From assembly GCA_963832745.1 (NCBI GenBank), contig CAWHVC010000001.1:64001-128000 (forward strand): a DNA stretch of 64,000 nucleotides, written 5' to 3'. The translations under genes were made by a program, and so were the position numbers. Shown piece by piece: positions 8,926 through 20,469 of this stretch. How positions within the stretch are numbered: position 1 is the stretch's first letter; every line of letters starts with the position of its first letter. The notes under the pieces were generated by a model. It saw only the letters and a program-made list of their open reading frames with translations. It ran no database searches and was not told the DNA's origin. The stretch comes from Candidatus Bathyarchaeota archaeon. Lineage in GTDB: Archaea; Thermoproteota; Bathyarchaeia; Bathyarchaeales; Bathycorpusculaceae.

Positions 8926-10699
8926 ATGTTATTTAAGGATCCAGTTTGTGGAATGCCGGTTGACCCGCAAAAGACACCTTTCAAAGCACAATTTTTAGGA
9001 AAACAATATTATTTCGACACCGAATATTGCCAGAATACTTTTGTTGAAGGGGACCGTGTTGCTTACTTCTCCATGGAGATTGGAATAGACAGTAAAGTGC
9101 CTACCTACAGCGGGGGGCTAGGTATTTTGGCAGGTGACGTTATTCGTTCAAGCGCCGATTTACGTATATTATTGATTGCGGTAACGCTGATTAGCAAAAA
9201 AGGCTACTTAAAACAAAAAATCACTCCAGACGGCTGGCAACTTGAAGATCCCTGAAGAATGGGACCCTTCACAATACATGGAACTTTTGCCGGTTACTAC
9301 AACGGTAAAAATATCTGGAAGAGATGTAAAAGTTGGCGCATGGGTTTATGAGCAGAACAGCCTTACTGGCGGTACTATACCCGTACTATTTCTTACTACT
9401 GATATAGATGGTAATAATCCTGAAGATAGGCAAATAACTGATTACCTTTATGGTGGCGATGACTCTTATAGACTCAAACAAGAAATAGTTCTGGGCGTCG
9501 GTGGTTATCGTCTACTTAATGCGTTAAATGTTAATGTTAAAAAGTACCATATGAATGAGGGGCACTCAAGTCTATTAACTCTTGAATTGCTGAAAAATAA
9601 CGGATTCAACGCTGATAAAGTAAGGGACGTGTGTGTTTTTACGACTCATACCCCTGTGGCTGCAGCTTTCGACAAGTTCCCATATGACCTTGTGTCAAAA
9701 ACTTTTGAGACCACTATCTCTACTGAAATTTTAAAGACATTTGCTGGGGAAGACAACCTTAACATGACTTTGTTAGCCTTGAACCTTAGCAAGTATACTA
9801 ACGGTGTTACAGAAGCTCATATGGAGTATTCAAGAAAACTTTTTCCAGGTTACCACATTCAAGAAATAACAAATGGAGTGCACTCCTTTACTTGGACAGC
9901 CCCCTCGTTTAGAAAACTTTTTGACAAACACATTCCACGATGGGCTAATGAACCTGAACTATTAGTCAGAGTTGATGCAATACCTGAAGAGGAACTCTGG
10001 GAAGCGCATATGCAAGCTAAAGCGGCACTTATTGATTATGTTTATCTTAACAAAAAAATCGCTTTAGACAAAGACGTCCTAACTTTGGGTTTTGCTAGAC
10101 GTGCAACGGAATATAAACGTGCAACAATGCTCTTCTCAAATATCGACCAACTTCTCCAGTTAAAAGACAAGGGCAATATTCAGTTTATTCTTGCAGGAAA
10201 AGCACATCCAAAAGATATAGGTGGAAAAAACCTCATCAAGGAAATTTATCAGCACATCGAGCAGTTGAAAGGGCAAATTAAAATTGTTTACTTAGAAAAC
10301 TATAACATGGAAATGGCGCAGAAGTTGACATCGGGAGTTGATGTTTGGCTTAATACGCCTCTTCCGCCTTACGAGGCTTCTGGAACTAGTGGCATGAAAG
10401 CAGCTCATAATGGTGTTATCAATTTTAGTATCCTTGATGGTTGGTGGATAGAAGGTTGTGTAGAAGGTTTAACCGGTTGGTCAATTGGGCCATCACCTGA
10501 CGAAACTGTTAGTGAACAAGAAAGACGCAAAAAAGAGTTGGCTGATCTTTACGGTAAGCTTGAATTTTTGATTATGCCGAAATTTTACAGCCAAGAAGAT
10601 ACTTGGATACGTATGATGCGGAACTCTATTGGAAAGATTGCATATTATTTTAATACTCACCGAATGATGAGAAACTATGCAACAGCCGCCTACCTTTAA
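8926..10699 (+). CDS. glgP: Alpha-glucan phosphorylase with N-terminal YHS domain (+1 frameshift at ~9251)
   Basis: AYFSMEIG, YSGGLGILAGD, HMNEGH, FARRATEYKR, EASGTSGMKA; removing one C from CCC at 9250-9252 joins the two ORFs. Confidence 0.9.
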
Positions 10700-10805
10700 T
10701 TTTTATTTTTTATGCAAATCACTAAGGGTGGTAGGTGTTATTGGCTGTTTTTCAAGCCAAAAGTATGTTGAATTTGGGTTGAAGGTTTTTTAGTTCCTTA
10801 AAGGA

Positions 10806-12056
10806 ATGTTTCTCGGTATGAGCAACGGTTTAGTCTGGCAACGACAAGTTTTGCCCAATGGACTGCGGGTTCTGTATCTTCCAAAACCTTCCGCAAATAC
10901 TGTGCAACTTTCAGTTGCGGTAGAGTATGGTTCCAATAGTGAAGCTGAAGCGGAGGCGGGTTCAGCACATTTTCTTGAACATATGCTTGCCGGCGGTTCA
11001 GGCAAACGCATACAGCAATCCCGTAGCATCGAAAGCCACGGCGGCAGCCTGAACTTTTACACAGACCACGAATATACCATGAGCTTCGTGGACGTTTTGC
11101 CAGAAAGTCTACCACAAACTTCCCAAGTTCTCTCCGAACTGCTGTTTGATAACGCTTTTGAAGAGGAAAAATTTGAGTCTGAACGCAAAATTATCCTTAA
11201 TGAGCTTGCTGAGGTTTCTGATGACCCCGCTGAACTGATTGATGAGTTGCTGCTAAAGAACCTGTTCAAAAATCATCCAATTAAGCGCCCTATCGGTGGT
11301 TACCCAAAAACTCTCAACCATCTAAATCTAAGTCAACTTGAAACAATCCACACCGCGGCTTATGAACCTCAAAACATGATTCTCATGTTAATGGGCAACT
11401 TGTCTGACAGCCAAATCCAAGCGGTACTCAAACATTTTGAAGATAAGCCCAAACAGCAAAAAATAGCCAAACAGGTCCGTCCACAAGAAACCGCCAAACC
11501 AACTGCAACGGCGTCTAAACGTAAAAGCGGCATCACCCAAACCTATCTAAGCGTTGGAACAAAAACGGTTAACACAAAAAGCCCAGACGCTCCCAAACTG
11601 GATTTAATCGGAATGATTCTTGGAGGCGGTGCCAGTTCACGTATGTTCATTGAACTCCGAGAGAAACGGGCATTAACTTACGATGTGGTGGCGGCTCACA
11701 GTAAGGGCTTGGATTTTGGTTACCTATGTATAAGTTGCGCCGTGAAAAACTCTAATTTGGAAAAGACTCGTGAGTTGATTTTCAAAGAGTTTGCCAAGCT
11801 GCGGGAGGATAAGGTTTTGGAGGAGGAGCTTGAACGCAACAAGAAACTGATTGTAAGCGGTATCCTTCGGGGGATTGATAGTCCTGATGATTGTCAAGAT
11901 ATTTTGGCGTTTATGGAAATCCAGTTTAATCACGAAAAAGCACTCAGCAGCTATTTAGAGAAAATTAAGGCTGTCACCATCGATGACATTCTGGATTCTG
12001 CCCAGCTGTACCTGCAAGAAGACAACTTTACATCTGCAATTCTTAAGCCAAAATAG
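10806..12056 (+). CDS. M16 family (pitrilysin-like) zinc metallopeptidase
   Basis: AHFLEHM inverted zinc motif; SSRMFIELREKRALTY. Confidence 0.9.
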   Translation: MFLGMSNGLVWQRQVLPNGLRVLYLPKPSANTVQLSVAVEYGSNSEAEAEAGSAHFLEHMLAGGSGKRIQQSRSIESHGGSLNFYTDHEYTMSFVDVLPESLPQTSQVLSELLFDNAFEEEKFESERKIILNELAEVSDDPAELIDELLLKNLFKNHPIKRPIGGYPKTLNHLNLSQLETIHTAAYEPQNMILMLMGNLSDSQIQAVLKHFEDKPKQQKIAKQVRPQETAKPTATASKRKSGITQTYLSVGTKTVNTKSPDAPKLDLIGMILGGGASSRMFIELREKRALTYDVVAAHSKGLDFGYLCISCAVKNSNLEKTRELIFKEFAKLREDKVLEEELERNKKLIVSGILRGIDSPDDCQDILAFMEIQFNHEKALSSYLEKIKAVTIDDILDSAQLYLQEDNFTSAILKPK

Positions 12057-12178
12057 CCGCCAAAACGCCATTTAACCCTGCGTGTACATGAAAAACCTGC
12101 ATAAAAGGGTCAAACAGATGCAGCCCTGAAAAGTAAAAAACCAATTATCCTCCCATACCCACGTTTATTGATGTATGG

Positions 12179-13138
12179 GTGGCGTGGCTGGTTTTGCCCA
12201 AAATTTTTAGAGACTTCACTGCTCGGTTAATTTCAGCAGCGTTGCCAAAGGTGGCTTGGGACAAAAGGTATTATCGACAATGGGAAAAAGTGGGGTATCA
12301 TGTTACGCCGAATCACTTCTTTTTTCCAATCCCTGACTCAGAAGGGTTACCAGATAGGTTATGGACACAGGAGTCGCAGCTTGTCGGAGTAAACATGCGT
12401 CCTGAAGAGCAACTGCGCCTGCTAACCGAAGTTTTCCCCAAATACAAAGAAGAAACCCTTTTTCCTAAAACACAAACAGGCAACAATCATGACTTTTATT
12501 TGGATAACGGTTCATTTGGTCCAGTGGACGCTGAAGTATTGCACGCGATGATTCGCCATTTCAAGCCCCAACGCGTAATCGAAATAGGTTCCGGCTACTC
12601 CACGCTCATTTCAGCCAAAGCCTGCCTGTTAAACAAACAAAAAGATGATGTGCAAACAGAACTGATTGCGATTGAGCCGTATCCAAACGAGACCTTGAAA
12701 GGCGGTTTTCCCGGTTTAACAGAGTTGATTCAGAAACCGCTTGAACAAGTGGATTTGGGCATGTTTTCAGGTTTAGGCGAAAATGATTTCCTGTTTATTG
12801 ACTCTACGCATGTGCTGAAAATCGGTGGAGACGTGAAATACTTGTATCTTGAAGTGTTGCCTCGGGTTGCAAGCGGCGTTATTGTTCACAGTCATGACAT
12901 TTTCTTTCCAGGAGAATACCCTCAGTATTGGATTAAAGAGAACCATTGGTTTTGGACTGAGCAGTATTTGTTGCAAGCATTTTTGGCGTTTAACAGCGAA
13001 TTTGAAGTTTTGTGGGCAAGCCAATACATGAGCCGCAGGTACCCCAAAGAAGTCGCTCAAGCTTTTCAATCCTACAGCAACGATGTTTGTCCAGGCAGTT
13101 TATGGCTGAAAAGAAAACTCTATAGGCCCACACCATAA
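12179..13138 (+). CDS. Class I SAM-dependent methyltransferase (Methyltransf_24-like)
   Basis: VIEIGSGYST, LFIDSTH, VHSHDIF, WTEQYLL. Confidence 0.85.
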   Translation: MAWLVLPKIFRDFTARLISAALPKVAWDKRYYRQWEKVGYHVTPNHFFFPIPDSEGLPDRLWTQESQLVGVNMRPEEQLRLLTEVFPKYKEETLFPKTQTGNNHDFYLDNGSFGPVDAEVLHAMIRHFKPQRVIEIGSGYSTLISAKACLLNKQKDDVQTELIAIEPYPNETLKGGFPGLTELIQKPLEQVDLGMFSGLGENDFLFIDSTHVLKIGGDVKYLYLEVLPRVASGVIVHSHDIFFPGEYPQYWIKENHWFWTEQYLLQAFLAFNSEFEVLWASQYMSRRYPKEVAQAFQSYSNDVCPGSLWLKRKLYRPTP

Positions 13139-14919
13139 GCAGCATCAAGCATTTTCTCAAACGGATGCTCACCAGAATCAAAATCTAACGGCAACTCCAC
13201 CACAATTGTTGTACCCTTCTTATGTTCACTTTCAGCAACAATTTTTCCGCCATGCGCCTCCACAGACCGTTTGCAGATGGCTAAACCAAAACCCATGCCT
13301 TTGGCTTTAGTGGTGAACAGTGGTGACCAAATTCTACTTAATATTTCAGGAGTCATGCCTTCGCCTGTGTCTGTAAAACTGAAGCAGATTTTTCCGTTGG
13401 CTGTTTTGGTTTTTATTGTTAAGCTTCCACCGTTTGGCATGGCGTCATACGAGTTTTTTATGATGTTGATAAAGCCGCGGCAGATTTTAGGGGCATCAAC
13501 TTTGAATGGTAAGGCTTCAGTGGCTTGGTTAATGACTTGTATGTTTGGGGGCGGCGGGATATATTCTAAAGAGGTTTGGACAAGTTTTTGTGGGGTTGTG
13601 TTTTCTGTTTCAAGTTGTATGTCGTTTGAGTAATCGATTAAATCGTTGACGATTTTGTTTGAGTAATCTATACTTTTGTCGATTGTTTCAAACATTACTT
13701 TATCTTTGGTGTCAAGCATTGCGGAGTATTTTGTTTTTAGGTAATAAGCAGCGCCCTTTATGCCTGTTAAGGGGTTACGTAGGTCATGTCCAATTATGCC
13801 GGCTAGTTCACCGATTGAAGCAAGCCTTTGAGTGTCAAGTAGTTTCTTGCTTAACTCTTTCTGTTCGGTAACGTCATGAAGAACAAAGGCTATGCCGACT
13901 TCTTGCCCTTGATTGTTGGTAACCAGAGAGCATGAGAGGCTTGCAAACTTTTTATCTCCTGATTTCGTAAAAAAATTGATTTCATAATTTTTTGTTTCTT
14001 TTTGTTTGCGTAGATTAGCCATTATTTGTGGGGTTTCCTCACCCTTGTTTAGAACATTATATTGGTTCATTACTTGCTTGACAGACTTTCCAACGATATC
14101 TTTCTCCCTGTATCCGGAAAGCTCCAAAAGAGCCTTGTTAACCTTAACTATGATACCTTCCAAATTTACTAGGATAACTGAGTCAGGCATTGTTGAAAAC
14201 ACGTTTTCAGCTGCTATTTCAACGTTTAATCCGAACAGTTCATGCTTAACTACAGCGTAGGCGACGATGCACCCTGTAAAACTTGTGGCGATACTTCCCG
14301 ATACGGGAACGTTAATGCCCGTCACTGGAAAGATTGAATCCGTAATTATTGACATTATAATCGGAATAGCAAAACCGACAGCGACAAATCTAGTTTGGTC
14401 TTTTTTTGTTTTATCTGTTAAACGGTAATAGTACTGGGAATATAACAGTAGGGTCAGTAGCATAGTTGCAGCTGCCCAAATGCCGTCTAAACTAGAAAGC
14501 ACTGAATAAGCTGGGTAACTTGCAACATAACCCCAAGGCATTAAAACTGGCGCTTGAGAAATCCAGTTTGTAGTTAAATCAACAAGCGAAAAAAACAGTG
14601 CTGGCAGGTAAATCAGTAAGTAGGCTGTCTTCTTTTTTAGGATGCTGTTTTCAGTGAAGACAAGGGTAAAATGAAGTGCAACTGAAATAATAAGCGGCCA
14701 AAGAAACAAGAATTTATTCCAAAACCATGCGGTTTCAACGTTTGGAGCTCTAACCAGCATGAACTCGCCTAATGCCCAATACGCGTTAGCCAGCATTACT
14801 AAGGCGAAAAGCCTGTTAATCGTGGCTTTTCTGTTTAGAAAATAAACGCCTAACCCTAAGCCGATGCATATTCCGCATGCGCACATGCTGAGCAGAGCGT
14901 AATTTTCCATGTGAGTCAT
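13120..14919 (-). CDS. Sensor histidine kinase (N-terminal 7TM region, PAS, HisKA, HATPase)
   Basis: Multiple TM helices, PAS-like segment, H-box GHDLRNPL, FTDTGEG, FTTKAKGMGFGL. Confidence 0.92.
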   Translation of the reverse strand: MTHMENYALLSMCACGICIGLGLGVYFLNRKATINRLFALVMLANAYWALGEFMLVRAPNVETAWFWNKFLFLWPLIISVALHFTLVFTENSILKKKTAYLLIYLPALFFSLVDLTTNWISQAPVLMPWGYVASYPAYSVLSSLDGIWAAATMLLTLLLYSQYYYRLTDKTKKDQTRFVAVGFAIPIIMSIITDSIFPVTGINVPVSGSIATSFTGCIVAYAVVKHELFGLNVEIAAENVFSTMPDSVILVNLEGIIVKVNKALLELSGYREKDIVGKSVKQVMNQYNVLNKGEETPQIMANLRKQKETKNYEINFFTKSGDKKFASLSCSLVTNNQGQEVGIAFVLHDVTEQKELSKKLLDTQRLASIGELAGIIGHDLRNPLTGIKGAAYYLKTKYSAMLDTKDKVMFETIDKSIDYSNKIVNDLIDYSNDIQLETENTTPQKLVQTSLEYIPPPPNIQVINQATEALPFKVDAPKICRGFINIIKNSYDAMPNGGSLTIKTKTANGKICFSFTDTGEGMTPEILSRIWSPLFTTKAKGMGFGLAICKRSVEAHGGKIVAESEHKKGTTIVVELPLDFDSGEHPFEKMLDAAYGVGL

Positions 14920-15262
14920 TCCGTTTATGGGTTTGTTAGTGGAAGCCTAACTTGCATGTTTAGTTATACGAGCAAATTTTGAATAAATTAGTGTGTGCGG
15001 AATTTTCTGGATTCACAATATTTTGTTTTGGATTCCTTAGATTTGCCAATTATTTTCTTTAACACCAAGTTAAGACGCAAAATGTTATGGGTCTGCTCTG
15101 CATGTTACATTTTTTAGCAAATAGTAACTTGTTAAACAAGTTGCCCATTAAGCTCCTTTCATCTTACTGCCTGGAAACTCAAATCAGCATACTTTTATTT
15201 GTGACGCAAGAACTATGCTATCGTAAACCAGAAAACTTTGAAACAGGAAGCTGCATGCAGTT

Positions 15263-16792
15263 ATGGTTGAGCTACGAGTACAAGAACAGCAAGTCCTTTT
15301 AGGCTTAGAAAAAAACGGTGGAAAAGCATCAGTAGAACAATTAATTAACTCATGCAACCTACCAGACGCCGCCGTAATGCGCAACGCCCTAATCCTGCAA
15401 GAAAAAAGCCTATTAACTATACATGCCGCAACCCAAAACGTAATCAAACTAACCGATGAAGGCAAAACCTACGCCCAAAACGGTTTGCCAGAACGCAAAC
15501 TCATACTTGCCGTCGCAGAAATGGGCGGCCAAGCAGACCTAAAAAAAGCTGCAGAAAAAGCAGGCATAAACGCCCAGTTTATCCAAATAGCTTTGGGTTG
15601 GGTTATCCGTAAAAAATGGGCAATCTTTTCCAGCCAGAGCAATACGGTTAACATTTCAGAAAAGTTACTTCACGAAACTGTGATTCCAGAAGGCTGCGAC
15701 GAAAACCTTCTCAAATTTTTATCCAACCGAGAACAAGCAGCGATGGACGAATTAAGTGAAGCATTAAAAGCTGAGGCTGAACAGCTTAAAAAACGTAAAC
15801 TGGTTGTTATTGAACTAAAAACCACACGGGTCCTTCAAATTACAGAGGACGGTAAAGTTGCGCTTGCTGAAGGCAAAACAGTCCAGCAAGAAGTCACTCA
15901 ACTAACTCCCGAACTTATTATTACAGGAAAATGGCACACTACTAAACTACAAAAATACAACATTGAAGCTCCCGTCGCCAAAACTTGGCCCGGCAAAAAG
16001 CATCCTTACCTAAGCTTCCTTGATGAAGTTCGCGCTAAACTTGTAACTTTGGGCTTCCAAGAAATGACGGGCACCAGCGTTGAAACTAGCTTCTTCAACT
16101 TTGACGCCTTAAACGTGCCACAAGACCATCCAGCAAGGGAAGCAAGCGACATTTACTACATCAAAGACCCCGAATACGGTGATGTAAGCAGTCACGGCGC
16201 CGCGGTCGAGCACATAAAAGAAACCCATGAGAACGGCTGGAAAACCGGCTCTACCGGTTGGGGATACAAATACTCGCTTCTTGCCGCACAACGACTGATT
16301 TTGCGTGGTCACGGCACTTGTCTTAGTGCACGCACTCTTGAAAGCAAAGAATTGCAGGTTCCAAGCAAATACTTCTCAATTGCCCGCGTCTACCGCCCCG
16401 AAGTCGTAGACAGAACACATCTTTCAGAATTCAACCAAGTTGAAGGAATCATCGTTGACCCAGACCTGAACCTCAAAGACCTGCTTGGTGTGCTTGGCAA
16501 GTTTGCCATGGAAATCGCGGGAGCCGACAAAGTCCGTTTCAAACCTGACTATTTCCCATTCACAGAACCCAGCGTGGAACTAAGTGCTTACAAGGAAGGC
16601 TACGGCTGGATCGAATTCGGCGGCTCTGGAATTTTCCGTCCAGAAGTCACCAAGCCACTTGGTGTAGACGTGCCTGTTATCGCTTGGGGCTTAGGGGTAG
16701 ACCGCTTGTTTATGATGCGTTCATGCATCGACGACATCCGAATGATATTTTGTCCGAACCTTGAATGGTTACGTAAAAAGCAGGTGACATGA
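15263..16792 (+). CDS. pheS: Phenylalanine-tRNA ligase alpha subunit (archaeal type)
   Basis: NFDALNVPQDHPARE, EFNQVEG, YFPFTEPS, AWGLGVDRL. Confidence 0.97.
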   Translation: MVELRVQEQQVLLGLEKNGGKASVEQLINSCNLPDAAVMRNALILQEKSLLTIHAATQNVIKLTDEGKTYAQNGLPERKLILAVAEMGGQADLKKAAEKAGINAQFIQIALGWVIRKKWAIFSSQSNTVNISEKLLHETVIPEGCDENLLKFLSNREQAAMDELSEALKAEAEQLKKRKLVVIELKTTRVLQITEDGKVALAEGKTVQQEVTQLTPELIITGKWHTTKLQKYNIEAPVAKTWPGKKHPYLSFLDEVRAKLVTLGFQEMTGTSVETSFFNFDALNVPQDHPAREASDIYYIKDPEYGDVSSHGAAVEHIKETHENGWKTGSTGWGYKYSLLAAQRLILRGHGTCLSARTLESKELQVPSKYFSIARVYRPEVVDRTHLSEFNQVEGIIVDPDLNLKDLLGVLGKFAMEIAGADKVRFKPDYFPFTEPSVELSAYKEGYGWIEFGGSGIFRPEVTKPLGVDVPVIAWGLGVDRLFMMRSCIDDIRMIFCPNLEWLRKKQVT

Positions 16793-16793
16793 G

Positions 16794-18500
16794 ATGCCGA
16801 CAATTGACATGGAATACAAAGAACTCGAACAGTTACTCAACATAGAACTTAACGGTGACATGGAAAAGCTTGACGACATTTTAGCTTACGTTAAAGCCGA
16901 AGTAAAAGGCTACAACAAGCAAGACCAAACAGTCAACATCGAATTCAAAGACACTAACAGGCCAGACCTTTGGAGCGTTGAAGGCTTAGCACGTGCACTC
17001 AGCGGCTACCTTGGTCAAGAAAAAGGATTGAAACAGTATTGTGCCGACAAATCCGCTGTCGAAGTTTTCGTCAGCAAAGAACTCTACACTGTTCGCCCCT
17101 ATATTGCATGCGCCGTCGTCAAAGACATCCATCTTTCAGATGCAATTATCCGTGGTTTAATGCATTTGCAGGAGAAACTTGACCAAACCTACGGCAGAAG
17201 CCGCCAAAAAACCAGCATCGGCATCTACAACCTTGACTTAATCAAGCCGCCAATCGAATACACAGCAGTCAAACCTACTGAGGCTACGTTTGTGCCGTTG
17301 GGTTTCACGGGGAAGATGGGGCTTGACGAAATCTTGGAAAAGCACCCGAAAGGTTGCGAGTACGGTCACATAGTCAAACGTAACCCGCTGTATCCGATGC
17401 TCTTTGATGCTGACGGCAAAGTTTTGTCTTTCCCGCCAATCATCAATTCTTGCGACTTGGGCAAAGTAACCGAGGAATCACGCAACTTGCTTGTTGAAGT
17501 TACAGGCACACTGCACAAGACCGTGTTTAACACGTTAAACCTTGTCACGACCATGTTGATTGACAGGGGAGGAAAAGCCTACACAACAACGATTCATTAC
17601 CCCGAGAACTCGGATTACACGGAACATACTGTGATTACACCTAACTTTAGTAACAGATGCATGCAGTTAAGCGTTGAGTACACCAACAAAATCCTTGGCT
17701 TGGGCTTGACGGCTAAACGTATCGCAGAACTGCTTGAAATCGCCGGACTGGGCATCGACAAAGTCACCGACACCGAAGTCTCCGTGCTGGTTCCCTGCTA
17801 CCGCATAGACGTCATGCACCAAGTAGACCTAATCGAAGACGTCGCAGTCGCTTATGGCTACAACAACATCGTACCAAACTGGCGCGAACTGCCCACCATC
17901 GGAAGAGCAAAACCCGACCAGCACCTAATCAACCTTGCACGCGACCTCATGATTGGCCTTGGCTACCAAGAAATCCTCAGCACCACGCTAACCAATCCAG
18001 AAAGCCTTTTTGACAAAATGGCTGCCTCGCGTAAACCCCTTATGGAGCTTTGCAACCCCAAAGTCGTAACCATGACCTGCCTACGCAACTGGCTGCTCCC
18101 AGGGCTCATGGAATTTTTAAGTATCAACCAATCAGTAGAGTTTCCGCAGAAAATCTATGAACTCGGCAAAGTCACGCTGCCTGATGAATCACGCGAGACA
18201 AAGGTGCGAGAAGAAGAATGGCTCACAGCAGTCACAACACACCCAACAGCAGGCTTTAGCGAAATCAAATCAGCGTTGGACTCGTTCTTCGCTAACTTTG
18301 GAGTTGAATGGCAAATAAAAGAAACCCTCCACCCAAGCTTCATTGAAGGTAGAGCAGGCAAAGTCATTGTAGCAGGTGAAGAAATCGGCATCGTTGGTGA
18401 AGTGTCTCCGCAGGTGTTGGAGAATTGGAAACTTGAAAACCCCGCAGGGGCTTTCGAAATTAACTTGCAAAAAATTTTAGATAAAAAATTGAAGCCTTAA
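16794..18500 (+). CDS. pheT: Phenylalanine-tRNA ligase beta subunit
   Basis: NRPDLWSVEG, SFPPIINS, RIDVMHQVDLIEDVA; follows pheS. Confidence 0.97.
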   Translation: MPTIDMEYKELEQLLNIELNGDMEKLDDILAYVKAEVKGYNKQDQTVNIEFKDTNRPDLWSVEGLARALSGYLGQEKGLKQYCADKSAVEVFVSKELYTVRPYIACAVVKDIHLSDAIIRGLMHLQEKLDQTYGRSRQKTSIGIYNLDLIKPPIEYTAVKPTEATFVPLGFTGKMGLDEILEKHPKGCEYGHIVKRNPLYPMLFDADGKVLSFPPIINSCDLGKVTEESRNLLVEVTGTLHKTVFNTLNLVTTMLIDRGGKAYTTTIHYPENSDYTEHTVITPNFSNRCMQLSVEYTNKILGLGLTAKRIAELLEIAGLGIDKVTDTEVSVLVPCYRIDVMHQVDLIEDVAVAYGYNNIVPNWRELPTIGRAKPDQHLINLARDLMIGLGYQEILSTTLTNPESLFDKMAASRKPLMELCNPKVVTMTCLRNWLLPGLMEFLSINQSVEFPQKIYELGKVTLPDESRETKVREEEWLTAVTTHPTAGFSEIKSALDSFFANFGVEWQIKETLHPSFIEGRAGKVIVAGEEIGIVGEVSPQVLENWKLENPAGAFEINLQKILDKKLKP

Positions 18501-18514
18501 GCATAGCTTCTTTT

Positions 18515-19312
18515 TTAGAACCATGCTAAGGTTCCGTTTTTCTTTGCTTTTTTAAGGCACCATGAATACACCATGTAACCCAGCGGCACAATGATCGCAC
18601 ACATTACCGCCAAAACTGCTACTCCCTGCCAAATCTCCAAAATGCCTGAACCTGTTAACGCGAAGCGTATGGTTGTAAAGAAGTAATATTGTGGCACGAC
18701 GTAACTGATTGCCTGCATCCAAAGTGGCATAACTGTTATCGGGAAAAGTACGTTCCCAAATAGGCTGGTTGCTAGGGTGATTACGGATGTTACTGGGTCA
18801 CCCTGCTTGGTTACAATGAGGATGCCTGCGCCTATCATGCTAAAACCCAAAAACGTTGCGACACCTAAAGCCAGAACGATTAAGGTTGAAAGCCAATTGA
18901 TACTTAAGACTACCCCGAACGCCAGAACACCTATGCCTAAGTAGACTACGACCACGCCGGTACTCCATATGAAGCCCCACAGCGAACTGCCAAGGATGAA
19001 TGTGGAGAGTCGAGTTGGGGACACAAGGACTTCTTCAAGCGCCCAAGGGTTAATGGTTTTCTGCACTAAGGTTAAGCTTTGGTTTAGGTATGTGCTAAAA
19101 GCTAAACCGATAAGCAGGTATGTGGTAAAGGGCATGTTGTATAGTTGCTCTACTGTTTCATTTACTGCGCTTGAACCCAAAAAAGCAAACGAAAGCGCAC
19201 CAAAAATCGCCGTTGCAACCAGCAGCAACATGTTGGTTTTGTAAGTGCTGAAACTGATGATGTCGCGTTTCATGAAGTAAAAAATTTTTTCCAGCTCTTC
19301 AAAAAAAGTCAA
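18515..19312 (-). CDS. ABC-2 type exporter permease
   Basis: Six TM segments, LEEVLVSP, LFPITVMPLWMQ. Confidence 0.85.
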   Translation of the reverse strand: MTFFEELEKIFYFMKRDIISFSTYKTNMLLLVATAIFGALSFAFLGSSAVNETVEQLYNMPFTTYLLIGLAFSTYLNQSLTLVQKTINPWALEEVLVSPTRLSTFILGSSLWGFIWSTGVVVVYLGIGVLAFGVVLSINWLSTLIVLALGVATFLGFSMIGAGILIVTKQGDPVTSVITLATSLFGNVLFPITVMPLWMQAISYVVPQYYFFTTIRFALTGSGILEIWQGVAVLAVMCAIIVPLGYMVYSWCLKKAKKNGTLAWF

Positions 19313-20368
19313 GGCTTGCTGCCTCCGCTTTTTTGGGTTAGCTGAATAAAGGCGTCTTCAAGCGTAGGTTCAGCCCGTTTAAAATTAATCAGCTTAATGT
19401 TCTCTTTAAACAGGAAATCAAACAGCATGGGCAAATCATTAATGTTCTTAAGCTCAACACAAAGTTGTTTTTCCCCCGGCAGAGCTTCAAGACTGTTTTC
19501 AGTTACATTGATTACACCTGAAACATCCTGCATCCGCTCCAGTTGGGTTTGATTGATGTTTTCCAGCGTTAGATGGATTACTTCTTCCTTCTTTATCATG
19601 TTACGAATCGCGTTGGGCGTGTCGCAAGCAATGATTTCTCCACCGAGCAGTATGCCTATGCGGTCACAAATTTGAGCTGCCTCCTCAATATAATGCGTAG
19701 TATAAAGGACAGTTTTTCCAGAATTGGTTACAGTTTCTCTGAACAAAATCGCGGACGTTGCGGGAAGCAATAACATCCAAAGCGTTTGTGGGTTCATCAA
19801 GTAGCAGCACCTGCGGGTCAGGAAGCAAAGTACGCGCCAAAGCAAGTTTGCGTTTCATTCCACCCGAGTACCTTTGATACAAGTCGAAAGTGTTGTTTTC
19901 TAAGCCGACAAGCTTCATAACTTCAAGGATTCGTTGACGCCGCTGTTTTCTAGGAACATTGTAGATTGCAGCATAAAACTCCAAGTTGCGGTAACCGTTA
20001 AGTCGCCAAAAGAAGCCGCGTTCACCAACGCTGAAAATGGTGCCCAGCGACTGTTTGACTTTCATCGGTTCTTTTACAACGTCATAACCGTTGATTAGGG
20101 CGGTTCCACTATCAGGCGGCAATAGTGTGCAGAGCATTTTTACAAGTGTAGTTTTTCCGGCACCGTTGGGGCCCAGCAGTCCGAAGAGTTCGCCTTTTTT
20201 GATTTCAAGGTTGAGGTTGTTAACAGCTACAAACGGACCGCCAGCTTTAAGATTGAACCGCCACCTGCCATTCTCTGGGTTGGGGCGTTTTGACTTGAAT
20301 ACCTTGGTTAGGTTGTGGGTTTCTATGGCGTTCATGGTTTGCAACAGTCTTTTTCCTTTAGCTGTCAA
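19309..20368 (-). CDS. ABC-2 exporter ATP-binding protein (+1 frameshift at ~19742-19748)
   Basis: GPNGAGKT, YSGGMKRK, LLLDEPT in the first ORF; TTHYIEEA and EPTLEDAF in the second. Confidence 0.85.
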
Positions 20369-20469
20369 TTACTATATAACTGTACAAACACCCATGTAGG
20401 TTTGGGTGGCTGATTGACTTTTGGAACATTTATGCTTAAACAATGCTGAAATAGGTAACAACCTAATTC

